A stretch of 64,000 nt of DNA. Source: Octopus sinensis. Taxonomy: Eukaryota. Numbering within the stretch: the first letter of the stretch is position 1; the number at the start of each line of letters is the position of its first letter. The position numbers and the translations under genes are program-made. The DNA is taken from contig NC_043003.1 of the NCBI RefSeq assembly GCF_006345805.1, positions 117,366,001-117,430,000 of the forward strand, written 5' to 3'. Of this stretch, positions 43,288-56,345 are shown one piece after another. The notes under the pieces were generated by a model. That model was not told the origin of the DNA. It did no database searches and was given only the letters and a program-made list of their open reading frames with translations.

Positions 43288-44297
43288 ATATATATATACA
43301 CTTACTAATATCAAACAGTGGGAATGAGTGCTCAACATGACATTGGTGGATGAATATTCTTTACTTGTGGGTTAACAAGATTCCCAACGTTTTCTTGTCG
43401 GGAGAAATCTCTCAGCAATCATCAAGCTCTCTTCGTGGAAACGCTGGTACTCATCTTCGTCTCTATAGTAAAGTGACTGGGTATGTGCTTGAGCGTGTGT
43501 ATAAAATCGTATGTATAGACTGAAGAAGACTGCGTATATTTATAGACAATTATAGGAGAGTGTTATAGGTTACTGGAGCTTCGCAGCCATTTTTTCCTTC
43601 CCTTTTAAGCTATTTTATTCTGTTCTCATTGCATCTCCTCAGGCAGATTTCAAAGTATCAATAACTATCAATAGATCAAAATATCAATAAAAAAAACCAT
43701 TCATTGTCTTCTATGATTCATAATTCATTGTAGCAGGAACATTCACATTTTTGGTATAGAGTTGCGAAAAACAGAACAGTAAATTTATATTTCATGATGG
43801 GAAACTCTAACATATAAATTGGAAACAGACAACAAAAGAATGAACATATTATATGCATTCGTATGTATTATATACATATATCACATTCGTATCATTTATT
43901 TATGCGTATAGACATTATATACATACATATTATACATTATATACACATACATATTATATATTTTGCATACATAGTATACATATATATACATATTATACAT
44001 ATATATATAGATGCATATTATCAATGATTATGTTATATGCCTGCACCAGCGCGGACACCAAAGGAACTAAAGGAATGTGTGTGTGTTAGTGTGTGTACAT
44101 TTGTGCGTAAACGTGTGTGTGCGCGTGTTTGCGCATGTATGTTTGTGTGTGTGTGTGAACTTGTGCAAGGTTGGTTGTTTGTATAATTGGCGTAACTGGT
44201 AGCTGAAACGGCCGTGATCGCTGGTTTCATAAATAGGAGATAATTCATTTAACCAATCAGATGCCGGCATCTGTGTTTGTATATATCTATCTATCTA

Positions 44298-44340
<43 letters not shown>

Positions 44341-45629
44341 CGAGGGACTTTCAATAAGTAATGCCTCTGACCCACTTGCAGTTGTTTGATCTAGCTGAAA
44401 TTTTGCATGTGCAATTATTTATATCTCTATAGATTAAGTGGCAAATTACAGCTCTGAGTTAATTTGGGTTTCTGATTTACAGGTGTTTGAACTGAGTCAA
44501 GTGTGAAATGGAGCCTGTTGAGTGCGAGCAGTGATCCAGTTTTTGTATTTGAAAGGACGCACACCACAGGAGACTTTTGATGAAATGAAAGTAACTTATG
44601 GTGATGATGCCCCATCATATGACCTTGTAAAACGCTGGCATCGTGAATTCAAACATGGTCGAACTCTGTGGAAACCAGCTCCAGATCTGGTCACCCCCTT
44701 CTGCCATTGATGAGGCATCTGTCCGTCAAGTTGAGGCTGCCATTTTGAAGATCGATGCATAACTATTCGCAAATAGCCCATTAGGTCAAGATTAGTACCG
44801 GGTGTGTCTGTGGAAACTATCATTCATGACCATTTGCATATGCAAAGGTGTCTGCCAGATGATCCCAGGTTGCTCACACCTTTCCAGAAGCAAGAATGCG
44901 TCGAGTGCTCGAGGATGAATTTGGAGATATGCCAAGAAGATGAGTCAAAATTTTTCAAAAGACTGATTACACAGGATGAAACCTGGGTCCATCACTATGA
45001 TTCAGAGACCAAAGCCCAGTCAATGCAGTGGAAGCACCGTGACTCACCTCCTCCAAAGAAGGCAAGGGTGCAGCCCTCCGCTGTCAAGGTCATGCTCACA
45101 GTCTTCTGGGACCAGGACGGAGTATTGATGACAGATTTCCTAGCAGAGGGTTCCACAATTACAGGAGCCTATTATGCTTCACTTTTGAGGAAATTAAGAG
45201 AAGCTATCAAAATCAAGAGGCGGGGCAAGATCAGCAAAGGCATCCTCCTCCTGCAGGACAACGCTCCGGTCCACAACTCGCGTGTCGCCAGATCAGAAAC
45301 ACAGGCATGCTGCTATTAACTCCTCCCCCATCCCCCCTACTTTCCTGACCTTGCACCCTCTGATTTTCACCTCTTCCCAGCCATGAAGTTGTTTTTGAAA
45401 GGAAAGCATTTCACAGATGATGCAGCCTTGATTTCTGAAGTCACGTCGTGGTTGGAGGACCAAGCTGGGGTCTTCTACAAAAACGGTCTCCAGCGCTGCA
45501 TCAAACAATGGGAGAAATGCGTAACTCTGGGTGGTTCCTATGTAGAAAAAGACTAATAACTGTGCCAAGTTTCGTTGCTCTACTACTATGGGAAGTGGGT
45601 CAGGGGCATTACTTATTGAACGCCCCTCG
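44341..45629 (+). mobile_element. Full-length mariner (DD34D) element in a (TA)n site
   Basis: TIRs CGAGGGACTTTCAATAAGTAATGCCTCTGACCCACTT / AAGTGGGTCAGGGGCATTACTTATTGAACGCCCCTCG; about 1.29 kb. Confidence 0.92.
44508..45556 (+). pseudogene. mariner transposase pseudogene (frameshifts and stops)
   Basis: RAVIQFLYLKG, VKRWHREFKHG, ITQDETWVHHYD, LLLQDNAPVH, PDLAPSDFHLFP, WEKCVTLGGSYVEK. Confidence 0.92.
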
Positions 45630-45660
<31 letters not shown>

Positions 45661-45667
45661 TGGCAAG

Positions 45668-46036
45668 AGGGAGATAAATTAATATTAATTTTAATATCAA
45701 TCGAGGACCGAATGAACTGATGAAGTCACGGACACTTGAATTATGCAAGTAATTCTTTTGTTAAGACCGAAACCGAGGTATGCATTTAAGTCTGTTTTTT
45801 ATTTAATTTTTCAGAACCAAATTTGGTTCTGGTGTTCGCTGAATTCTTCCTCTAGAGAATTTCCCCTGTAGTTTGATCGTTGATGATCTTCTTCTAGCAT
45901 TCTGGCCGGCTACCTAGCAGGCCAGCCCTGCCAATATACACATATATTTGAATTTTCTCTGACTCCTCAGATTTTTTGAATGCTGGACTACTGGTTTTAA
46001 ATTGATATTAAAATTAATATTAATTTATCTCCCTCA
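45668..46036 (+). mobile_element. HHR-bearing Penelope-pLTR/retrozyme-like element with a 35-bp inverted copy of its 3' end at its 5' side
   Basis: GAGGGAGATAAATTAATATTAATTTTAATATCAAT vs ATTGATATTAAAATTAATATTAATTTATCTCCCTC; body homologous (inverted) to 59880-60228. Confidence 0.75.
45712..45785 (+). ncRNA. Type-I hammerhead ribozyme
   Basis: Stem I ATGAA/TGCAT (1 mismatch), CTGATGA, stem II GTC/GAC with inner hairpin, GAAA, stem III ACC-GA-GGT, predicted cut after GTA (45780). Confidence 0.7.
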
Positions 46037-46048
46037 ATTTTTAAAATT

Positions 46049-46184
<136 letters not shown>

Positions 46185-46470
46185 TGATCACGTGACCGAC
46201 CAGACCATCAGATGTTGTTACACATCGCATTGTTTTAGCCTTCGAATGACGCCACCCCGCTGGCTTAGCGAGCAGGCCAACAGAAGAAAGAGTGGGAGAA
46301 AGAGTGGTGAAAGAGTACAGCAGGGATCACCCCCCCCCCTGCCGGAGCCTCGTGGAGCTTTTTAGGTGTTTTCGCTCAATAAACACTCACAACGCCCGGT
46401 CTAGGAATCGAAACCGCGATCCTACGACCGCGAGTCCGCTACCCTAGCCACTGGGCAATTGCGCCTCCAC
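46185..46470 (-). mobile_element. SINE family B, tail type 2
   Basis: Reverse complement of 41835-42133. Confidence 0.85.
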
Positions 46471-46484
46471 ATTATATATATTAT

Positions 46485-46535
<51 letters not shown>

Positions 46536-46625
46536 GTATATATGTATATTATATATGTATATATATAGTGTATATATATGTATATATAAGTATATATATG
46601 AATATATATATATATATATATGATA

Positions 46626-46669
<44 letters not shown>

Positions 46670-46678
46670 ATGTATATG

Positions 46679-46761
<83 letters not shown>

Positions 46762-48329
46762 GATATATATATATGTCATTATTTCTAATTCTCTTATAAA
46801 GGAGACTACGGCAGCCAGTACTGGATATTAATAGTTAACTCCAAGCTAATATGGCAGTCCAGAAAAATAGGACGAATGCTGCCGTTAATTAGCTCCAAGA
46901 GGCCATCGCCTCTAGCTAGCTATGTGACACACAAACCTGTGTCCATTATGATCTTATAATTATGACCAACACACAAACACGTATATGTGTGTATGTTTGT
47001 ATGTTTGTATGTAATTACGTACATATGTACGTATATACAACCGGTTATCTCTGTCAACGAGCAATATTACTTAGGATAGAACAGAATAACCCCCAGATAC
47101 GATCGCCTTCTGCTCCCCTTGCACAGGAAACTGGTAATCTTGAAACTTTCAGGTCGGACAAGACAACAATATTGTTTGTTTGGTGGGTGGGGGGATTGAC
47201 CAAGAGCTACGATTTCAAACTCTCTCAACCTCCACACAATACACTTCCCTTTCATTCGGATCGTTTAATAAGCCCATAGCTTCTGCGTCGTTTTGTATTT
47301 TAGCGATTTCAAAAGATGAAAGGAAAAGTTTACCGCAGGGGGATTTGAACTCAGAATGTACAGAGGCCGAACAAATACTGCAAGGCATTTTCTCCGATAT
47401 TCAAACAATTCTACCAATATTTTGAGAATAGAAAATGATTGTTGAGCCAGCTATAGCAGTTTTGTAGTTGTAACTAAGGCCTAGAAAGTTCTGCCAATCA
47501 GCAACAGCCAAGTAATTCAAAGAATTTGATCAGATCACTATGTTACAGTAAATGGCAGAGTTCGAAACAGGAACCATATTTATTTCCTTCATTGCAGAAA
47601 TCATACTAAATTTTCAAGTCGGTTCCAGAGATTACAATCGATTATCTTAATCCTTATATCCTGTTTATAATTACTTTTACCAGTCCACGGTTCTAATGAA
47701 ATAAATAAATCGACTTTTGCGAAAATTTGTACACAGAATGATGAATCTCTGAATTTTAGAGTAATATAATTAATCAGGGCTGGTTTTTTAGCGACTTTAC
47801 CATCATTAAAAGGAATTAAAATAAAATAATAAAAATATATGAAACTGAAGAATAGAATATAATAAAAAATGGTTCCACGTCCATACTAATATATTTTGTT
47901 TTTAAATATTTTATTTGAAACAGAGAGAGAAAAACTAAATAAATATGTCTAGCTAGAATTTAATTGCTTCGTGGGAAAATACATTAAATGCATTTTGCCG
48001 ACTTTTTCAGTGATATTCTCTTTGTACTAATCATGGCATTGAATCAGCAAAACCAGTGAAGATCTTGCTTACATCTTCCATGTTGGATCAGATTATAGAA
48101 TGAAATGTCACTCTAAGCTTTCTAGCAATTAAGGTAAATTATTTGCTTTTTCTGATGTTTTCTGTTTTGTTTTTGACCCATTCTGATCGTTTATTTATGT
48201 GAATGTGCTATCAGTAAATCTAAGATGGATGTTTAATCAGAAACTATTTAAATATCAGACCTAACTTTTTTCCTGTTGATCACACGAAACAAACATTAAA
48301 CTTTCTCCACTTCTTACACAGTAAATATG

Positions 48330-49420
48330 CTCTGCTCAATATACTTACACATTAATCTACACACACAGTGAAGCAGAACAATGATCAACATGCATATACA
48401 CATATAGAGAGAAGAAAACATACGAAAATTATGAGACAGTATATTACGTAGGATATGAGCAGTTCCCATGAGGACTATCTTTTGAATTTCTACTATTTTG
48501 GGGTTTCCTGGTATCTGAGCTAGGTAGCAATCAGCCCCTTTTGCTATAATTCCTAGGGCACCTATAACAACAGGTATTGTTTTAGTCTTCAGGTTCCACA
48601 TTTTGCTAATTTCTATTTCAAGATCTTTATTCTTGCTCAGTTTTTGGTAGGTCTTGACCGATGCATTTATATCGACAGGGACAGTCATATCAATGAGGAA
48701 GTATGACTTTTCTCTGAAGCCTTTCAATATAATGTCAGGCCTATTCGCATCTATCTATCAGTTTGAATGGGGAAGTTCCAGAGGAGTGAGATGTGATCAT
48801 TTTCAAGCACTGGAGGTTGTTTGTGTTCCCACCAGTTTTTATCATGAGGCAAGTCCAGGTTTTTGCAAATTACCCAGTGAATATATTGTGCTATTCTATC
48901 ATGCCTGTTGAGATACTCTGTAGGCGCAAGAAGACTTTACATGGAGACATGATCAATGGTTTCATTTAGTTGTTAATATACACGGCATGTTGGGCACATG
49001 CGGTTCTTTAATATGTTGGACTGGTAGTTTATTGCAGATAGGCATTGATCTTGGGCTGTTATAATAAATCCTTCTGTTTCTGATTTTAAACCAGGAGCCA
49101 CTAACCATTATTCGACATTATTCGCTCTTTTTGGGTATTTACCATTGAGAGGTTTTTCTTGCCTTTTATCAGTAAGAATATCTAAGGTAGCGGTCTTAGC
49201 ACGACTTTTCATACGCTTAGCTTTTTCTGTGCTTGTTTCTAGTACGTCTCATTCTGGAATTTGTTGTATTTGGAATTCACTTAGATATCCCTTTGCCTGT
49301 TTTGTTACTGAGTATGATGCTTTCTTGTTTTCATACTTTGAGACAAGCTTTAATATCCAGTCATCAGCGTTTTTCAGGTAGGTGTCTAGGCCAATTGTGG
49401 CAATTTTCATTGTCAATTCC
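48330..49420 (-). pseudogene. 5'-truncated RLE-type (R4/Dong-like) LINE
   Basis: Minus strand KPLNGKY, ETEGFIITAQDQCL, FLIDMTVPVD..KDLEIEISKMWNLKTKTIPVVIGALG..QKIVLMGTAHILR. Confidence 0.88.
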
Positions 49421-49428
49421 AATTATTA

Positions 49429-49499
<71 letters not shown>

Positions 49500-49502
<3 letters not shown>

Positions 49503-50037
49503 GCCTTTGCACAGCTTCTAACGCTGGAGATGTAATACAGTGTCAGCTGTTCACTACCAGTGAACTAAGGTAACACCCCTTATTTTTCAAGTACCTTCCG
49601 GAGTATTCGAGCAGTTCCAAGCAGTGCTCTTTTCTGCAGGTGTTCCACCCTTATTGCAGCCCCTATTTGTTCCACGTACTTCTCAAGATTTTTGCTCACT
49701 GTTCCCAGGGTTCTGACAATTATTGGTTCTACTGCTACCTTTTACATCGGCCACAACTACTTAACTTCCCAAGCTAACCTGTCATATCTCTCAACTTTTC
49801 TTTCTTCCTTATCACATACCTTGTTGTCAGCAGGGCATGCTATATCTTATGATCCAACATAGTTTGTTTTCTTTCTCAATTAAGACTATGTCTGGCTTCC
49901 TATTCTCTGAATCATAAATTCCCGTAGGATCTTTGCATTTCTATTTTCGACGATGCCTTCCGCTTTGTAGTCGTACCAATTTTTTGCTCTGTCAAGTCCA
50001 TACTTTTTGCAAGGTGTCCAATGGACAAGCCTGGCTA
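49500..50037 (-). pseudogene. RLE-type LINE 3' fragment flanked by (TAA)n on both sides
   Basis: IARLVHWTPCKKYGLDRAKNWYDYKAEGIVEN..KILREFMIQ, RKPDIVLIEKENK. Confidence 0.85.
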
Positions 50038-50075
50038 TATTATTATTATTGTTGTTGTTGTTGTTGCTATTATTA

Positions 50076-50125
<50 letters not shown>

Positions 50126-50273
50126 GTTATTATTATTATTACTACTACTACTACTACTACTATTATTATTATTATTGTTATTATTATTACTACTACTACT
50201 ACTACTACTACTATTATTATTATTATCATTATTATTATTGTTGCTGTTGTTGTGGTTATCAAGGCAGCGACAG

Positions 50274-51410
50274 TGGGGAGCTTGCAGAATCGTTAGCACG
50301 CCGGGCAAAATGCTCAGCGGCGTTTCGTCCGCGTTTTACATTCCGGGTTCAAATTCCACCGGAGTCGACTTTATCTTTCATCCAATCGGACTCAATAAAA
50401 TATGTACCAGTTGAATACTGGAGTCGATGTAATCGACTTAGTCACTCCCCCGAAATTGCTAGTCTTGTTCTAAAATTTAAAACCATTAAAGTTACACGCC
50501 ATTAAATTTTGAAGCCACTATAGTTACAAGTCATTAAAATTTGAAGCCATTAAAATTTCAAGTCATTAAAATTTGAAGCCATTAAAGTTACAAGCCATTA
50601 AAATTTGAAACCATTAAAATTTCAAGCCATTAAAAATTGAAACCATTAAGGCGGCGACCTGTCAGAATCATTAGTATTCCGGATAAAATGTTTAGCAGTA
50701 TTTCGTCCGTCTCTGTGTTCTGAATTCAAATGCCACCGAGGTCGACATTGTTTTTCATCACTTCGGGGTCGATAAAATAAGTAACGGTTGAGGGTTTAAG
50801 TCAATTTCATTGACCCCCTACCCCTGACTGGTAATTTATCTTATCGACCCCGAAAAGATGAAGGACAAAGCTGACCTTAGCATAAAGAGCCGGAAGAAAA
50901 AAAACGCTAAACATTTTGTTCGACACGCTGACGATTCTGCCAGCTCACCACCTTTTCCAGGGACTAAATATCTTTTCCTTGTACTACAGGCACAAGACCA
51001 GAAATTTTGGGGGTATGGTGCGTTAGACTATTACATCGACCCCCACTTCATGACTGATACTTATTTTATCGACCCCGAAGGAATAAAAGACAAACTCGAC
51101 CTCAGTGGAAATTGAACAGAGACTATAAAGACGGAAGAAATGCCGCTAAACATTTTATCCGGAATGCTAACATTTCTCTCTGCTCGTCGCCTTTTTCCTG
51201 GAGCTAAATCATTGTTTCTATTATAGGCAAAAATAACCTGACAGCTTATGGGGGAAGGGTTTGGCAATTACATCGACCCCGGTACGCAACTGGTACTTAT
51301 TGCATGGACCTCCTAAGAATGAAAGAAAAAGTCGACCTCGGAGGAATTTGAACTCAGAATGTAACGCTAAGTATTTGGCTCAGCGTCCTAACAATTTCTG
51401 CCAACTCATC
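50274..51410. mobile_element. Cluster of five SINE C copies (two +, three -)
   Basis: Repeated CGGGGTCGATAAAATAAG / TTATCGACCCCGAA motifs in opposite orientations. Confidence 0.75.
50470..50650. repeat. ~16-bp minisatellite (GCCATTAAAATTTGAA) x ~11
   Basis: Direct inspection; the unit resembles the SINE C 3' end AAAATTTGAAACCATTA. Confidence 0.85.
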
Positions 51411-51858
51411 GCTTTTTCCTGGGACTGAATGGTAAAAAACAGCGGAGACCATTCGTCATCAGATTAACTCGAACGTGGACGCACACATGTAAATACAGAT
51501 CTCCGTATTCTTCGCTACCTTCGTAAACATTGTTTGGAGGAAAAGGAGGAGGAGGTGGTGGTGGTGGTGGTGGTGGTGGTGGTGGAGGGGGAGGATGAGG
51601 AAGGGGGAGGGGAGAAGAAGAAGAAGAAGAAGAAGAAGAAGAAGAAGAAGAAGAAGAAGAAGAAGAAGAATATGGCAGAGTATTTGCGATTAATATTGTC
51701 ACGATGACAGAGTTAAGAGATGGAATATTGTAGGAATAAATTGGATCTAAAAAGAAATGAGTGAAAAGGACTGTCAGGGAAATGGTATGAAATGGTGGAA
51801 TGAGGGAAAACGTGGGAAATTAAAGAAATAGTAAGGTGAGAGAGGGCCGAGAGAGAAG

Positions 51859-51859
<1 letters not shown>

Positions 51860-51898
<39 letters not shown>

Positions 51899-51904
51899 TA
51901 CATG

Positions 51905-51942
<38 letters not shown>

Positions 51943-51968
51943 GGAGAGAGAGAGAAGAGAGATACATG

Positions 51969-52002
<34 letters not shown>

Positions 52003-52103
52003 GCGAGAGAGAGAGAGAGAGATACATGGATAGATAGATAGATAGATAGATAGAGAGATAAGAGAGAGAAGAGAGAGAGATACATGGATAGATAGATAGA
52101 TAA

Positions 52104-52158
<55 letters not shown>

Positions 52159-52328
52159 TAGATAGAAGATAGATAAATATAGATAGAGAGAGAGACAGAG
52201 AGACAGAGAGAAGAGAAAAGATAGATAGATAGATAGATGATAGATAGATAGATATAGATAGATAGATAGTAGATAGATAGATAGATAGATGATAGACTGA
52301 CAGACAGACAGACGACTGATAGACAGAC

Positions 52329-52393
<65 letters not shown>
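51860..52393. repeat. (GATA)n/(GA)n compound tract with recurring ACATGG (~60-bp period)
   Basis: Direct inspection. Confidence 0.9.
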
Positions 52394-52395
<2 letters not shown>

Positions 52396-53064
52396 AACGG
52401 AGAGTGAGAAAAATCGAAAGAAAAAAGAAATAGAAAACGGAAGAAAGGAAGAAAGAAAGAAAGAAAAAGGAAAAAATGGAGGGAAGGAAGGTAGGAATGA
52501 AAAGAAAGTAAAGGAATGAAGGTGTAATAGATGTAAGAAGAAATAAATAATTAAATAAAGAAAAAGAAAGACCAAGAATGGCCAATCGGAGCATTCCAGA
52601 TGATATATCGGAACTACAAGCTTTAGTGTTAATAAGAACGTGCCGATAGCACCTGAGTAAAAATGTCAATTCCAGTTATCCTTAGACATATTATTGGCGA
52701 AAATGTGTTATCGAAAAAATTGGAACCGACAGCTACAACTCGAGGTGTGTAAAAAGATCTTGTTTCATAGGGGTCAGAGCAAAAGCGGTAATAGCTAATG
52801 ATCAGATGAGGAGATGGAAGCGAACAGAGCTGCATTTAATATTGGTAGTTCTTGTATTTCAGGAAATGGTTTGACTGTATGTTTTGATAGATGCAAAAAT
52901 CGATATTATTGTAGTGGACAGAATGTGATGGCAGTGATAGTGAAGGGGAGGATGGGGGGGAGGTTAAAAATAATGGTAATAGGTAAAAAGAGAATTTCGA
53001 GACGGATATATGTGTGTGTTTGTGCGCATAAGTATATATGCAGCCATAAATACATATATACATG

Positions 53065-53107
<43 letters not shown>

Positions 53108-53174
53108 ATATATATATACGTATACATAAACAGGCATATAGGATATATGCCTATAAAACATACAACACATTTAC

Positions 53175-53224
<50 letters not shown>

Positions 53225-53242
53225 ATAAACAGATAGACAGAC

Positions 53243-53398
<156 letters not shown>

Positions 53399-54217
53399 GA
53401 AGAGAATATAAGAGAAACAACGAGTGTTTTAAGTGAAGTAAGGAAAGAAAGTGAATAGAATCTTTATTAAATATAATTTTTTTTTTTAAACTCGATAAAA
53501 CTGGTAATCTACCAACTGAAAAGTGAAATTATCAGAATATACTTGGCACATTCAACGATTAGAAAGATTCCTATACATAGAAAATAATTACAAAATAACT
53601 ACAATAAGACCTGTTCCTTTTTTATATTTAAAATATCCAAAACATAAAGACCTGCAATAAAGCAGGTAAATTATATAAATCGTTGTGAAACATGATCTAA
53701 AGACTAATTTATTTCCTATAGATAAGAAATAATTAATAAGATAGGGAAGAGATTATTTCCGTTCGTGTTTACTATTTTATATAAATCGAAGCAACACACT
53801 CTCTAATCTATTCTGCGCTATACATATATATTAGTCACTGTATTGTGCCTCATAGGAATTGTGTTGGTCTAAGAGTAGCAATTTACGGTTTAGATATATT
53901 TTAGATAATAGAATTACTTTAGATAGGAAGACGAATCGCTGTTATATATTTAATAGATTTCAGTCTTCTATTGTCGCAAGTGGAAATCTTGTATGAAATT
54001 TATGGGGGTAGGTGGCTTGTTTGTGCGTGTGTGTTTTTGTCTCCGATGTGTGTGTCTATGTGTATGTATCTATACGCATGTATATAAAAATATTCATATA
54101 TATTTATACACAAAGATGTATGAGTAATATATCTGTAAATAAATACCTGTATGTAAATATATGAATATACACAAACCTATGTAGTTACATATATTTATAT
54201 TTATAAGTGTGTATATA

Positions 54218-54264
<47 letters not shown>

Positions 54265-54386
54265 AAAATTATCAATAATTATAAATAAGAGCAAAGAAAA
54301 TATTTCTATGCCAATATGCTGAGAACGACTTAAATCGTCAATCACCACATAAAATATACATCAGTATAAATATATTTATAATTATA

Positions 54387-54439
<53 letters not shown>

Positions 54440-54450
54440 TATAGTGTATA

Positions 54451-54820
54451 GTGACCCCCTTCGGTCAGACACTAACCATGGGTTTTGCACCTTGAGAGTT
54501 ACCCTCTGAGGCACAAGTCTGGGCAAGGTGGTTTTTTTTTGTTTTTTTTTTATTTTATTTTTTTTATGGAAGACCAGCAGTCGCCCATGCATACCGGCTC
54601 CCCCCTCCACTCACGTCACCGATGTTGTCCCAGGGAAAGGCAAAGGGGCCGATACAGCTTGGCACCTGTGACGTCGCAACTCATTTCTACAGCTGAGTGA
54701 ACTGGAGCAACGTGAATAAAGTGTCTTGCTCAAGAACACAACACGCAGCCCGGTCCGGGATTCGAGCTCACAGCCTCACGATCGTAAGCTCGACGCTCTA
54801 ACCACTGAGCCACGCGCCTT

Positions 54821-54822
<2 letters not shown>
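54451..54822 (-). mobile_element. SINE family D, full length
   Basis: Minus-strand head TGAAGGCGCGTGGCTCAGTGGTTAGAGCG...GAGCTCGAATCCC; CTTGAGCAAGACACTT core. Confidence 0.8.
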
Positions 54823-54859
<37 letters not shown>

Positions 54860-54978
54860 ATAGGATGAAGTCCCTTTCTCTACAGAGATATAAATGATGT
54901 ACTTAAATGTGGTTGTGTTTTTAGCTTCTGCTTTTTCCATGACCGCATGTGAGTATTTTATTTATATTCCCTCGTAAG

Positions 54979-55039
54979 CTCTACTGAAGAAGAATATATC
55001 CTTTATAGGGATTAATTCCGAAATTGATTCAATATAGAG
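54979..55039 (+). ncRNA. Type-I hammerhead ribozyme (distinct family)
   Basis: Stem I CTCTA/TAGAG, CTGAAGA, stem II GAAT/ATTC with inner ATCCT/GGGAT, GAAA, stem III ATTG-ATT-CAAT, predicted cut after ATA (55034). Confidence 0.72.
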
Positions 55040-55197
55040 ATAACGAAATTAAAATTTTCTAAAGGTTAGTTGCCCGCTTTCAGTTCAATTTTCCTGTAAC
55101 AAGTGGATTATAAGTGGAAAAATCAGTGTATTGGCTTTAGAATAACCTTCTTTAGCCCTTAATTATAAGATATATATATATATATATATACATATTA

Positions 55198-55229
<32 letters not shown>

Positions 55230-55257
55230 CAGTCACTTCTGTCAAGCAGTCAGTCGA

Positions 55258-55449
55258 CATGATAGATCGTTAGCCACTACACACATTTATTTCTCTCCTT
55301 GCTTCTCTCCTTTTTTTCTGTGTCCCTTTCTGTAGAAGAGCGTAGGCTCGAAACGTAAAACACTTTTTCTATTCCTGAGCGTTTTACTAATACATCTGTT
55401 TGTTTTGTACACCACCTGTCTTGGTCTTTGTTCTTCGTAAACCCTCCCT
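55258..55449 (+). mobile_element. Penelope-pLTR-like short repeat with variant HHR (55327-55360)
   Basis: TTT CTGTAGA A GAGC GTAG GCTC GAAAC GTA AAA; homologous to 41455-41647. Confidence 0.6.
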
Positions 55450-55476
55450 ATATATATATTATATATATTATATATA

Positions 55477-55539
<63 letters not shown>

Positions 55540-55839
55540 ATATATATATAATATAGATAGATAGATAAATATATAAATAAGGATAATATCGATATCTAAA
55601 TATCGATATTATCAAGTGGCCAGCATGGGAATAAATACCATACAAAAATAAGGGTATATGAGAGACACCACAATATACGAACGTCCATACATACATATAT
55701 ATGCACGTATGTACAAGGCCAGTTCAAATTGCCCGCCAATTTGGACGTTCGTGTATGTATATGTATTTGGACGTTCGTATATGTAAGTATAACGTGTGTT
55801 CTGTATATATATTTTTGTATTTATGTGCCCATCTGATAT

Positions 55840-55898
55840 ATTCAACTGATGAAGGCAGAACTTATTTGAAGCAAAGCTAGAAATCCAGGATCTTAAAT
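55840..55898 (+). ncRNA. Degenerate type-I hammerhead motif
   Basis: ATTCAA CTGATGA AGGC...GCTA GAAA TCCAGGAT C TTAAAT; weak stem II. Confidence 0.5.
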
Positions 55899-56064
55899 TA
55901 CTCAGTAATATCTTTTTGCTGGTTTATTTTGTCCCTCTGTCTTATCTCATAATGCGATATGAACATTTAAGGTGGTTTTTAGAGACAGGGATTTGACTGC
56001 TATTTCGGCATGGTGGTGTCTCTCAGATACCCTTATTTATATATATATATTATTATATATATAG

Positions 56065-56095
<31 letters not shown>

Positions 56096-56200
56096 TACAT
56101 AGTTACATATACATACACATACATATACAATATATACACATATATATATATACATATATATAATAGATAATACATCTATATTATATTTATATATATTATA

Positions 56201-56241
<41 letters not shown>

Positions 56242-56248
56242 TATGTAT

Positions 56249-56299
<51 letters not shown>

Positions 56300-56345
56300 C
56301 GTATGTAAGTAAGTATGTATGTATGCATGTATGTACGTATGTATT

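Noticed and set aside
43381-43430. Minus-strand TTGATGA-TTG..CAA-GAAA motif in a possible Penelope end
   Set aside because: C3 is mutated and stems I and III are not convincing; too degenerate to call.
50470-50650. CRISPR-like repeat array
   Set aside because: The units are contiguous with no unique spacers, there are no cas genes, and the context is eukaryotic.
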